In this document: piece by piece, positions 11,230 through 23,100 of the stretch
Position numbering within the stretch: the stretch's first letter is position 1
Layout of the letters: each line of letters begins with the position of its first letter
From: Trypanosoma brucei
Taxonomy: Eukaryota
DNA: 64,000 bases
Reading direction: 5' to 3'
Assembly (NCBI GenBank): GCA_000002445.1
Contig: AE017150.2
Span: 32,001-96,000 of the forward strand
Notes under the pieces: model-generated
Told to the model about the DNA's origin: nothing
The model's database searches: none
The model's input: the letters and a program-made list of their open reading frames with translations, nothing else
Made by a program: the position numbers and the translations under genes

Positions 11230-13814
11230 GCAGCATCAAATATAAATTGTGAAGAGGTATGAGATCACAAGGAGCTCGCTCTCATTGAGAAGGTTGGATG
11301 CGTCATATATATATAATCATGTAATCCCTTTCCATTTCAACAATACGCAAACCTCAACTGCGGAATCGACTTTGAATGAGTTGACCTCGTCAGCATGAAA
11401 CGGGGCCCGCCAAGTGGCATGAACATTAATCTTATCAGTAAACATGTGTTTGAGGTGTTGGTAATAAATGGGGTCAAAGAAAACATAAGTGCGTATCATC
11501 TTCCCCGTTATGCCCGAGTGGAAAATATACATCATCTCCGTGAAGATAATTGTATCCATGTTGTATCAATTCCTCATCCAGCTCTTCATCCTTATCAGTA
11601 CCCAAACGAAGTGCCATCGCCTAACTTTTTCCGTGAATGCACTCACACCTTTGAGCTAACGAGTTCCAGCAACTTTGCAACTGTCATACGGCTCGGGAAT
11701 CCATGAGAATTTATGATCATATCTGTGCAAATGCCTTTACTCATTGAAGGGCATGTTAACACACCATCAGTCATGAGATCCACTACTCCCTCCAGCCAGC
11801 GCCGTGAGGAAAACTTATTTCAGACCTCGGGACCGCGAACTTCTCTCGTAGTAACTTTAACTTTATTGTTCTACATCCATTGATATATCCGAGTCACTGG
11901 AAGGTGAGAGATGAACACATTTGGTCCACAACAGCAGGCTGAGGGTATTTATTATATTCAAGAAAATTAGGTCTTGGTTCCTTGAAAGGCACGGGAGTGT
12001 ATTTGTTTACAAAAATATCAAACTGACAAACAGCCGCACCTTTACTACTGGCAATACCATCACTACTAAAGGCATTGTGTCTCGCAACATTCCAATCTGT
12101 TGGAAGAATTATATCATACATACTCACCGTTGGGAAGTCTTTCCAGTTCCATCTCATGCTTACAAAAAACAACATAGCACCCATAGCCACAATTGAGCGA
12201 ACTGCGGTTGTGTACACCTTTGCGTCTTCAATATTGTAACCTCTATAGCTCATAATGCATACCATCGTATTAATTCCTGCACCTAATATTTCGTAGTTGC
12301 TTAGGTTCATAGCCTTCGTCCGGCAAAGGGACAGTTGAGAGTAAGCACTCAACATAAGTACTGTGTCCATTTCTAATGTACTGATTATACGCAATGGTTC
12401 CAACAGCTTGCTTGCCCATGGCTGACTGTAATGTGTTTCGTGCAAATTGATTGTGATGTGGAAAGGAAAATAATGCTAGCGACAACTCCAAGTGAGCCTC
12501 GTGTACTGCTCAATGTCTTTGTGGTGAACTGCTATAAGAGAGTCATTCGCTTCGTCATATAAGTCAATGAATTCCACAACAAGCCCTCAACTAAAATATC
12601 GTTAATCGATCACTTGCTTGAACTCAAGTTATCCAGATGTTAAGAAATTACAGCGTGTTTCCCATCGCAAACGAAAACATACAACCTCACGATCCTTCCG
12701 CCAACACAAACAATTTGAACACTCTTCTGACGGTCATTTATCGCAATTGAAACGTAAGGATGCAAGCGGCCTGTGTTCCTCAGGGTTCGTAATACATCCC
12801 GACACAAACGGCTCATGTATCGATAAACGCACATCAGCACTTCATTGAGGAAAACTGTGTAGTATTTAAGAAATTCGTTAAGACTGATATAATCTATTTC
12901 CTCCACTCCAATATTGTACGCATCCGCGTGTAAACAAACAAATTATCCATGTCTAGTGTTACCTGACTAAGAATGGCAAAATTATTAACCAAACAGCAAC
13001 AACTTTCACCCTCTGGGGTATCGCAAGGAGGGATATACACCATTCCCCATTGACTTGAATAGAGAAATAATGATCCGCACATGTGGGTCAATAGACGAGG
13101 CCATGGTCACTCCACTGCTGCCGTTACATATGATCACTGCATGGTTTTTATATCAATGTTGATGATGATGTGGGATTTGCTGCTGGAGGCAACCAACAAC
13201 ATAAGTTTAAGGTTGCCACGTGTGAAGAGAGGCCCAACTGCCAACCCTCAACCAGGATAACAGAAGTGATTATAAGGAAAGAGAAGACAACATATCATAG
13301 TATGTTTACCCACCGACAAATAACTGAAGAAAGAGAGAGAGAGAGAAAGAGAGGAAAATAGAAACAATCACGTCACCTGCTGCGCGTCTGCGAAGAACAC
13401 CATCAAGAGCTGCTCCATAACTGCAACCATAACTAACATGTATAATATAATTATAACAGCTCGTATATGAAACAGCACATCCAGTAACTGCTTCTAATGT
13501 TTGCATATTTCACTCCGTCACAATCTCTCTCCCATGACACCTACTGGAAACACAACTCAGAGGAGTTATAGTTGAGGCATGTTTCCAATACGCCCTCTCC
13601 ACCACGGATGGCAAAGAAGCAAAAAGTACCATTACATTTTTGTTCCTTTTATCATTGGTCTATAGATCCCTATCTCTACACGGATGGAAAATTTAGATTG
13701 TATAAATGAAAAGAAGATGTGAAGAGTTAGTGTAGTATAATCCAATTCTTTAGTTAGTAACAGCACAAATGAAAACAAAACGTTACAATGTTTTCTTACG
13801 TCCGTCGATAACAT
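11230..13814 (-). pseudogene. Degenerate, frameshifted, 5'- and 3'-truncated pseudogene of the second-largest subunit of a multisubunit RNA polymerase (RPB2/RPC2/RPA2 family). It corresponds roughly to residues ~390-1050 of yeast RPB2.
   Basis: Minus-strand ORF fragments align to conserved RPB2-family blocks in the right order. 12894..13091 has WGMVYIPPCDTPEGESCCCLVNNFAIL, matching [24 protein letters not shown]. 12640..12906 has LRTLRNTGRLHPYVSIAINDRQKSVQIVCVGGRIVRLYVFV, matching [41 protein letters not shown]. 12270..12491 has [22 protein letters not shown], matching [22 protein letters not shown]. 11894..12445 has [22 protein letters not shown]...[21 protein letters not shown], matching [22 protein letters not shown]...[20 protein letters not shown]. 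11317..11559 has VFFDPIYYQHLKHMFTDKINVHATWRAP, matching [26 protein letters not shown]. Frames change between blocks, and about 100 aa including the RHGQKG block is missing. Confidence 0.7.
13327..13352. repeat. (GA)n microsatellite inside the RNA polymerase pseudogene region.
   Basis: agagagagagagagaaagagagg read directly from the sequence. Confidence 0.85.
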
Positions 13815-14166
13815 TATTTCTGTCTTTCTCTGTGCCCCTTAAGATTACGATGTGGCTTAACTCCAGTTACGCGTTAGCCGATAAAATACTACTTTTGCTA
13901 TTCCTTAGTCGTCTTCATTTCCACTTCCCTTCCCTCACCTCCGGCACTCAAGTGAATTATCACGTCCCTTTCCTTGCAGCAGCTGCGGAAGCTCATTACT
14001 GGTGGACAAACAACACACTTGGAATGGCGCAACGGGGCACTTCAAGTTGTGATCATAAACCAAACCAGGTACAAAAACGAACCCGCTCCTCCTAATGGTT
14101 GGTTCCCTCCTCTTTAAGCATTTGTCACTCTTAACAGCAACGCCGTGCACTGCTAAAAAAAAACAA

Positions 14167-16743
14167 TTACGCGTCTTCACCTCCTTCCACGTCGTCCATT
14201 GCTACGTCACCTCGCCCCTCCACAACCTCTTCACGAGCGCGCCGCCTTCCCGCCAGTCCCATCAATGCTGGTGCATCTCGCATGCCAGATTCTCGGCGAT
14301 ATGCCTGAATTAATTCCGCTTGCATCGTTTCCTTGAGTGTCACTTGGAATTGGTCGATGGATTCCCAAAATGTTTGCGGTCCCAGAGGACCTCCGTCCTC
14401 ACCTCCAGCTCTATCGGGAGGTCCTTCGCAAAGTTGCCTGCGGGTTATCGTGCCACCGTTAACCGAATTAATGTATATCATTTCCCAAGCCATGTTACCC
14501 GAAAACGTGTTCCAGTCGGAAAAATAACTTGCTATGTTTTCTCGGAACTTCTGCACCTTATCCGTAGTGGTGGGGTGCCTCTCCGACTTGGTTACTTGTA
14601 AAAGCACAGCTATATTTGGAGTGGTCGGTGGCGCTGTTCCGTCACGGTTTCTCCTGAGCCGCCCCTCAACGAAAAAAAAGCCATCCACCACGGGTTCATT
14701 GCCTGTGGCAGGGAGGTAGAGAACCATGTGTTCACAGCGTTCAATTGGTCGCTGTTGGGCCGCAGGTAAGGCCTTCTGCCCAATGAGTCTCAACTGCTGA
14801 GGAGCCATGTCGTTCAGTATGCTTCGACGGTCAGCTATTTCTCTGCCTCGTCGCAGGTATTTCAAGTTGTTTGCGATAACTTTAAAAACTCGAGGGAAAA
14901 GAAGCGAAAGCAACGCAAGCCTTTCAAAAGCGTTGGCCCCGACACTCTCGTCTGACATTATAATCTCCTTTGACGTCATCTCCACAATAAGAATGCCAAA
15001 TAATGTGCAAATCAACATATTCCAAATGTTGACAGAAAGCGATCTGCAACGATATGATTCGACATTGACAGTCCCAGAGCTTACCCGCACTATCTTCACC
15101 AATTTGTGCGTTACCACATCATTTTGCCAGTCCGAAGATTTTCCAATAATCTTATCATATTTCTTTCCGTTTTCGCTATCGAGCTGCCTAGCTTCTTTAC
15201 GCACACATTCCAGTCGTGCGTCATAGTCAGGGGCTGAGAAAACAAAACGAGGCAATGGACCAACCATGTCAATGCGCTCTTCCACAATTTTCCACTCGCT
15301 TTCAAGCTCCTCCATTAACTGCTGCCTCGTTTTGTCGCGCGGCGCCTCCTCCGAAAGCACACACAGCTTTTTCCATGCCACAAATGCCTTCATGTCGCGC
15401 ACATCATCACAGTTTATAATAATATGGCGGTCTCCCCTATTCTTTGCCCAGTGCTCGTAATGTGCCGTATCCGGAGAAGTGAGGATAGTTACACCCCAAA
15501 AAGGTGAAGGAAGATTCTGCGGTGGAGTTTCATTCTTTTCACTGATATCAACAATTACGTGCCCCTTCTTTTCGTACTTTACTGCATCTATGGCCTTAAC
15601 AGCAGCTTTCACGTGTTCATACTGCACAACCCTTTCCTCTTCTCCGGGTTTCTTGTTATATATGAGGAAGGCGTTCCCGTCTGTGAAATATGCAACAACA
15701 TCAAGCATTCCATCATTGAAGTGAAGCAATGAATGAAGCAAAAATGATCCAACTCCATACGACTTTCCAATACCAGGTGTACCAATAACAATATGTATCG
15801 GTGGTCTGTGGGCTGTGTCATTCAGCCACCATGTTTGCAGCCCTCGTTGGATTATATACCACACGCGCATGATTTCACGACGGATGTATACGTGGTTGCA
15901 AATTGCTCTGCATTTCTTCCTTAAGCACAGTGAAAACCCGTTGTATGGCCAACCCTTCTCCGAAGTGAGAACGAAAATCTCCAAACCATTGGGTCTCTCC
16001 TCAATCTCTGCATCAACATTCGCAGGGTCAGGAGTTATATCCACCTCCGCTTCGGTCCATATGTGCTGTGGTTTTCCATCAAACACTTTCATGCCAAGTG
16101 GCTCTTCATCATAACCCGACATTACATAACTCCATTTTGCATTATAAATGGAATCATACACTCCTTTCAGTTCGACAGCACTAGCAGCTGTTTGAGCAGC
16201 TCGTTCCAATGCTACATTGAGTGCATCATTCAACATGTTAGTGACAATAATCCAAAGCCGCTCTCCATCTCTCAGTCCACGAATATTCACCTGTAACCCG
16301 GCCTTTACTACCTCATCTGCTTGTTGCCAGCGCTGAAGATTCAATATTCCCTCTCTGAACAACAGGGGGTAAGCAGTAGCAAAAACTTGGTACACTTGAT
16401 ACTCTGTTGTCGCGAATATTCGATTGAGCGCATTAACGTCATTAATATACTCTTCAGGTTCCAGTACGAACACAAACATTGATACATTATTTTCTTCATT
16501 CACATTATATCTTCTGCCAAAATTACGCCTCAAAAAATCATTCAACGTCACATTTTCAGGATGAGCCCGACCATTCAGCAAAACTGCTTCAACGCTGCTG
16601 AAAAGACCCCATCGTGGTTGGTTATTATTCTCCACTCGTTGCTGGACTGCTGGAGGTTCCGCATCGTTACGCGCAGCCTCCTCATTTTCTCGTCTCCTTC
16701 CCTCAATGTCACCCCTTCCTTCAATAGGAACCTGTTGATTCAT
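14167..16743 (-). CDS. RHS-like P-loop NTPase, subfamily B, copy B1 (858 aa, MNQQVPIEGRGD...).
   Basis: The ORF is 2.58 kb. It carries IVIGTPGIGKSYGVGSFLLHSLLHF (Walker A), GHVIVDI (Walker B-like) and VLTSPD. The central region is homologous to types A and C, with divergent termini. Confidence 0.8.
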   Translation of the reverse strand: MNQQVPIEGRGDIEGRRRENEEAARNDAEPPAVQQRVENNNQPRWGLFSSVEAVLLNGRAHPENVTLNDFLRRNFGRRYNVNEENNVSMFVFVLEPEEYINDVNALNRIFATTEYQVYQVFATAYPLLFREGILNLQRWQQADEVVKAGLQVNIRGLRDGERLWIIVTNMLNDALNVALERAAQTAASAVELKGVYDSIYNAKWSYVMSGYDEEPLGMKVFDGKPQHIWTEAEVDITPDPANVDAEIEERPNGLEIFVLTSEKGWPYNGFSLCLRKKCRAICNHVYIRREIMRVWYIIQRGLQTWWLNDTAHRPPIHIVIGTPGIGKSYGVGSFLLHSLLHFNDGMLDVVAYFTDGNAFLIYNKKPGEEERVVQYEHVKAAVKAIDAVKYEKKGHVIVDISEKNETPPQNLPSPFWGVTILTSPDTAHYEHWAKNRGDRHIIINCDDVRDMKAFVAWKKLCVLSEEAPRDKTRQQLMEELESEWKIVEERIDMVGPLPRFVFSAPDYDARLECVRKEARQLDSENGKKYDKIIGKSSDWQNDVVTHKLVKIVRVSSGTVNVESYRCRSLSVNIWNMLICTLFGILIVEMTSKEIIMSDESVGANAFERLALLSLLFPRVFKVIANNLKYLRRGREIADRRSILNDMAPQQLRLIGQKALPAAQQRPIERCEHMVLYLPATGNEPVVDGFFFVEGRLRRNRDGTAPPTTPNIAVLLQVTKSERHPTTTDKVQKFRENIASYFSDWNTFSGNMAWEMIYINSVNGGTITRRQLCEGPPDRAGGEDGGPLGPQTFWESIDQFQVTLKETMQAELIQAYRRESGMRDAPALMGLAGRRRAREEVVEGRGDVAMDDVEGGEDA

Positions 16744-17305
16744 TTCACTCTCTGAATAATAATCTTAATTGAGTGCGTTGTGTTATTTCCTTTCTTTGTA
16801 ACATAAATTTTAAAAAAGGGATAAAAGATGAGAGAATTTAAAATAGATACATTTCTAAACCAAAGCAAATATACAATCAATGAATATCAGGAATTAATAT
16901 GGCAGGTGGAAACTATTTATTGAAATTAGAATTCAATACAAATCTTATCATGTGTTAAGAACTCACAGCAACTTAAGCACAAATAAGGTATGACAGTACG
17001 AATAGACATTTCTGTTTGGAGGAAAGCTCAAACAACAATTCCCATTCAGAGCACACAATCATTCCAGAAAAAAAAAATATACTTAGATATATTTATTTAT
17101 GAAAAAGCAAAAAAAATAAATGTGGCATTGCCATAAAAAACAGCATATAATAGGTTTAGTGATAAATCATGCAAAACGTAGAATCCTCGGGTGCATACAG
17201 AAAAGTGCCTTACTTACCTTACAAAATTAAAAATATACCAAAAGTAAAAATAAATATAAAACATTATCTTCACAAATCAAACCAGACACGTATTAAGCAA
17301 GAGAA
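16744..17305. repeat. Module U_B, copy 1 (~560 bp immediately 5' of B-type genes).
   Basis: Shared with 47725-48291, 57464-58032 and 62084-62479. Confidence 0.8.
16780..16850 (-). promoter_or_regulatory. Putative polypyrimidine tract and AG acceptor region 5' of B1 (gene strand ctctcatcttttatccctttttttaaaatttatgttacaaag).
   Basis: Reverse complement of 16790-16835. Conserved in front of B2 and B3. Confidence 0.3.
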
Positions 17306-18055
17306 AATAATTCATATAATCTCATACATATGTTATGATGGGCATTGCATGCAGTACAATTTAAAGGAAGTGTAACTCATATAACATTTTCAAAAAAAGG
17401 TATTGAATGGTTGTTTGCTACCATCAATTACATTTCCAATGCCTAATTACACTTTTATATGCATGAAGGAAGTTACAGATGATAACTTTGACATGCTCGA
17501 GAATTCATAACACAAAGCGACTGCTGCATGCAAATAAAAAAATATAAATATAAATAACATCCGAATTCATTTACTGACAGATGAGTGCAATTCATTCACC
17601 CAAACTTCATAGCTGCAAATATAAACTCGCTGCTGCCAATAAGAAATAATCCCGCATAAATATTGAGTATCTGAAAATGATAGCAACGGGTTTCCATTTT
17701 TGAAATATATGCATAAACTACATGAGGTATATGAAGTCATATTGGTAAAGTGTCACTACGCATGTTGCAATTTACTATCAGAAGTGTCTGCCTTATTTTA
17801 TTTCTTGTGTTACTGTAACTCATGAGTATCATTCATTATTCTTTACAATACAACTGTAAGTCATTTTGCATTTTTTTATATTTTCTTATTCCCTCATACT
17901 GGAAGTATTCCACATATGAGATTCCTCAATATCGTTCACAAAATAAAAATAATTTTATTTACTTCTGCATTCAGTTTCTCGTGTAGCAGTGTGTACACTA
18001 ATCATCCATAAAGTTTTTAATTTGCCAAATACATCATTACGAAACTATTTTCCAC
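17306..18055. repeat. Partial U module (distal ~750 bp only), entered from U_B at an internal point.
   Basis: Matches U positions equivalent to ~2205-2945. The join is at aataattcatataatctcatacatatg. Confidence 0.7.
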
Positions 18056-20192
18056 AAATAAACAAACAAACATTCCATTGGGACAATATCTTTGAGATAT
18101 TTCCTTCACCATATTCGCAGTTCAGTAGTGATTAAAAGAAACTTTTCTGTATAATTCAACACATGGTGGAATTGCACAGAAATGTGATGGTACTTATAAT
18201 CCATAAGTTCCCAATTTTCCTCACATGGTCTCCTTTTTATGCCTTTACATCCTTATATAATTCACAGAGAATTACTGCAATTTCTTTCATATGCTTTCAG
18301 GATTCCATATGTCACAACACAAATAATATATACATTTACACATATATATAATTTGGACATAATATTGCTTAACATATAAATTATCACAAACCTATGACTT
18401 TACACTCCTCCTAAGAATAATAGAATCAAATTATTTCTATTTTGCATCATTACATGAAGCTTTGGAAAAGGAAAAAAAGAATAAAACAAAAGGTAAAGAA
18501 CACAGTTTTTTAATACAGATTATAACTTGTTTGTGAATTTCAGATGCAAACACAAAATGTTCAAACAGGGAAACAGTAAAGGACGTTACTGGTGATGTAA
18601 GCACAAATTAACCAAAAATAGAAACATAAATAAAATTGAAACTTATAAAAACACAAATATATATGATACAAATATTTACCACATATTATAATTCGCCACC
18701 CTCACACTTGAATTATAAAGAGTACATAACACAAATATGTGGTAAAACTAATACAACTCGAATATACATATGTATGTATGTATGTGTGTGTAGAAATGAT
18801 GAAATGTAATTGTAACAAACCAGGCACAACACAAACAAAATATATGCATTATATTATTCTCTAAAAAGTAGAAGAATAAAAATCAAGAAATATTACGCAG
18901 CTTTTCTCACAAGTAATTTTGTTTCTATACATATATATATACATATATAACACGACAGCTGACAACATTAAACTCTCAATTCCATAATATCTGACGCCTG
19001 AAGTGATAATTAGCAGCGGATGCCTTTAACAAAAAACAATAGGAATAACAACATCAAAGCATGTTTTGAGAGCTTAAATAAACTTCCTCATGGATAAACC
19101 ATTTGTACGAAGTTTGAGTGCCAACTTGGAGGAACAAAGAAAAAATAAAAAAGAAGAATTAAATGGTAAAAGAATTGCGTGTGATATAACTAAAGGATTT
19201 GTTAGGCACTACACTCATTAAACTCCAATTTCATAAAAATACTGTAAGGCATAATATTTACTGCTTTACCGGTTATGTGCCTCCAGCAAGCAATAATAAA
19301 TACTTCGAGTATTATTCAATTTCTGATGCTATGAAGTGTGTAATAAAGTAGTGCATGAGTAAAATATTCAAATGTTGGTGTTCACTTCAAATTATAGACT
19401 CTGCACTATGAATGTCTCTCGATGTTTATAATTTGAGAGAGCAAAAGTGACGGCGCTACTATTTATTTCTTCCAGTTCATGAATATATAAATATATTTAT
19501 ACATATATATAATCAGAGGTGACATGCAAAAGCGTTTAAACATCAGGCATGAACATCTTTCCATCCATTTAAAGTAAGACGATACAATAAGGTAAGTTTA
19601 GGATGAAGTGAAGGTATCATAATGTTAACATCTTCCTTCAAGCGGAGGATTCAATTTAAATAGGCGTACTTCACAAACAATAGTAAAATAACTGAGAAAA
19701 CTTATGTCACTTAATCGTTATTTCCTTCAATTCTTATTTTGAATCGCTCTGTACCGTCACACCTTCAATAAAGTATATAGTGACGCATTTCACACATCCT
19801 CCCTAAGCCATCTCTCATAGTCATAGCTCTCCACAGCAATAATAAAAAATAATGAATAGTTTAGTTCTTACCTTCCCTTTTTTACTACCGACAAGAAAGA
19901 TATACGAAATAATTATCATACTGAATAAACAGTAAGGTTTCCTCATCATCCTACACAAAATATGAATTGAAACGATAATTTACTAACGAAGCGGAAGTGT
20001 CTGAAAGCGTCTTTAACTCGTCTCCTGTGCGGGGCGAAGAGGGTTGTGTTGTGTGGGCTTTCTAAAAATTTCACTCTCTTGCAGACAGCTGCGTAAATAA
20101 ACGGGGAGTACAGGTGTGTTTAGAGAAATATAACCGTACAAAATAATACTCTGCACTCCTAAGTCCAAAACCATTCATAATGCAGGTTTTCA
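18056..20192. repeat. Partial L module (proximal 2.1 kb). It breaks off into unique sequence at ~20192.
   Basis: Matches L1 8336-~10480. It diverges after gcaggttttca. Confidence 0.7.
18927..18950. repeat. (TA)n/(TACA) microsatellite in a partial L module. Counterparts are at ~40215-40240 and ~49960-49982.
   Basis: Read directly from the sequence. Confidence 0.8.
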
Positions 20193-23100
20193 TTAAAAAA
20201 ATAAGTAGCAGTAGTAGTAGTAAGGAGAAAGCTATTGTTTTTTCTCACTCCTGCTGCCACGTACATCATGCGTAATACAACAGTTTCCATTTATTCTATG
20301 GTAGATTTTTTCACATAGCAAGGGATACTCGGAATTGCTGTATCACTTTCGTTGTCCCAGCCATACTGTCTGCTTTTCATGGTTAAACTAAAACTCCAAT
20401 GAAATCACATTGTTGTGTCATCTTTTGCGAGTCACCAATAATGGTTGTGCCCCACATTCCTCCATGTTCGTAACTATTTTGTTTCCACGACATTTAACCA
20501 CGTCATGTGCCTCACACTGATAAATATGTTGCATATCCATGTTTGAGTCCTCAATCTTTCAGGGGTCGCCTGCTGCAGCCTCACGAGAAGTGCATGTCCT
20601 GAAAAAACTCTTGTGATGGTGTGTAAAATTCCAGGAGTCCATTTTATTAACTGATGGGGAGTCGATTCAAATTCACTAATTCCTCATTTTTGCTAACGTA
20701 TCGGAACCCCAGCCGAATATCTTCAGGCAACTTCACTTGAGAGAGGAATGACTTTAGATCAAACAATGCCACCGACTGGTCATGGAGAGTATTTAAATAC
20801 TGGGAAAAGTGACCCAATGGGGCATATGCCTCATAATCATCCCTGCTCTTTTTAGCCTTTGGTCATGCAATAAACCAACACCTTCTTCCAAATCTGTGTT
20901 TCCTCCATCACAAATAATGGCACACAACCCATCCTGTCGTATGTCTCTCTGAAACTGGGCCAATGATACGCGGCTGCTTCATTATTTGGGCATACTTTTC
21001 TACAATGCGCAATTCTGACTCCTTCTTTGATACTTTCTCTCTTTCTTTCTTTCTGCATCATCTGTGCTATTCATGATGCTCCAAACCTCATCAAATCGTT
21101 TACTCGCTGCTTACATCATCCTCTGTCAAATCCACGGAAGGGAAATCATTCCCACATTCATTTCCTATTGGAGAGGTGAAGTCTTTTTTTTTTCTCTTCC
21201 CGTGAGGTCACCTTCATTTCCCCTTGTGAGTGTCAAGGAATGCTGTGCAATCGATAATTTGGGAAGATATTCACCGTTATAAGTCCCGGCTTCCCTCACA
21301 CTGAGGCCGCACATTTCTTTCAATTGTATCTTACATCAAAAACATTAAAAGAACCGGCTTGCTTACGGAAGCTGTCACACATCTGAGATACCACACTGTG
21401 CCTCGTGGAAGTTCTATTGTGTAGATATGCTTTCCCAATTGTATTAATAATATGTTGTCAATGTCGTGTTCCATTGCAACTACTTCCGCTGCGCGTGTCA
21501 GCAGTGCTCTTCTCTTTATGGGATGTTCTATCATTACGTATGGTCTTTTCAGTATGGTGTCACTTTTCCCCTTTGTGGTAATGGCTATGAACTTCTTCCT
21601 CTTTCCTCCAGAGGTTCCTCCCTATGACTTTTCTCACACTGGCAATATCCTTTTCCCAGTTGATATTTACGCATCGTGTGACTCTGTGGGTATCGCTTTT
21701 GAATTTCTTTGGAAGGTTCCCTCGAAAAAAAATCCACTATTGAGGCTTGCCTGCCGTGTGAGTGTGGTATAACATTTTTCTCTTTTTTTTTGGAGCTGTG
21801 TAATTTCTTTTTGCCATCGCATGGCTGGGTGTAATTCAGGTCACTACTCATATTGCGACTGGATACCACTCTGGACGGAACTTCCTGCAAGATATTATCG
21901 AATCCCCATTACAACATGTGTTGTGTTTGTTTGATGGGTTTACCTGTTACCGTATTGTAAAGATGGACCCAAAAACAAAATCCGCGTCGGTGTGTCCAAT
22001 AGAGATGATGGAAGAGTTCTCCTGTACTGAAATAGCAATGCTTTTTGCGAGTCGTAAACTTACAACAACAAATAGAAGTGCAGTTGCATCCTATGCTGGA
22101 ATGCGGTAATGATTTTCCGCCAATGCATAAAAACACCGCATGATGAATTCCCTATCGCTCAAATGTTTTAGTCCTCAGCCACATTCACTTTGCTATTCTA
22201 TTGGCTCCTGAAACCAATGTCATGATGTACGGATGGCTTTGTGTGGGAACTGCAATAAAAATAAGAATAATAATAATAATAACTCCTTTCACCAATGAGT
22301 TTACTATTGGTTGTAAAAGTGCTCTTGGTGCCACTCCATTTTTCTTTTCTTGAGTCCCCAGCTGCTGAAGACCTGTTGTATTTTTTAAAAAGAGTGATGC
22401 ACCGTTTTATTCCCCACCCCTTTCAGGTGAATTTCTCCTGCACGGTTGATACTTTCCCATTGTAGAATGTTCCTCAAGGTGTTTCCTTTGTGAAGCTTTG
22501 GTTATGCTATAATTAAAGACCACTCAACTCCATGCTTCCGGGACCTGCTGTTGCATTTATTCCCCTTTAGTTGCTGCAAATTTATTCATTTGACAAGTTG
22601 TAGTGCAATACTTCACTTGACCATATGTGTAACATCGTGTCTCGTTGCTTTGTAAAAACTCAAAAAGAACACATCAGGTGATATTCTTCTGTTCTTACTT
22701 CGTACATTCACATCTCTTCCCGTCAGTTCGGAAACTCCCACACAAACTCACCACTCTGTGAAGATTTGTAATTTCCGTTAGTGATGGGCGTACTGAAGTG
22801 GGAATGTTTGGCACTTCAAAAACTAAGTTTTTTAAACTTACACCTTCCTTCTTGCATAGAGCTTCATTTCGAGAGTAAAAGAATAGTTGAGTATCATGAG
22901 AAAACATAAGCCCAAATATTCTCAACGCAAGCTTTCAATAAAAACAAACACATTAAGATGGTTCAGTGAACACATGCAGGATAATCCCTAGCAAAGGTAT
23001 TATTCACACCCAATAAACAACTCAAACAAATAACACCAGCATACATATCGCAGACACATATAAGTTGCACCTGCACAAACAAATAAAGACTGCTGTGACT

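Larger units (their letters stand above)
8336..14166. repeat. Spacer module L, copy 1. It is ~5.8 kb, lies 3' of B-type genes and contains the RNA polymerase subunit pseudogene.
   Basis: Near-identical to 39304-45150 and highly similar to 49056-54880. Partial copies are at 18056-20192 and 62480-64000. Confidence 0.8.

Noticed and set aside
8336-11230. Whether the proximal 2.9 kb of the L module is a degenerate ingi/DIRE-type retroelement.
   Set aside because: By eye I could recover no reverse transcriptase, endonuclease or RNase H motifs in any frame. The only protein similarity found in L is to the RNA polymerase subunit. The question is left open for a profile search rather than asserted.
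13089-13091. The ORF-track Met at the start of 12894..13091.
   Set aside because: The codon on the plus strand is caa (TTG on the minus strand), so the track evidently allows alternative start codons. This is irrelevant for a pseudogene fragment, but it means ORF-track starts cannot be trusted as ATG.
16700-16743. An RGD tripeptide (GRGDIEGRRRE) near the N-terminus of all B-type copies, considered as a possible integrin-binding motif.
   Set aside because: A three-residue motif in a charged low-complexity N-terminus is expected by chance. The protein has no signal peptide.
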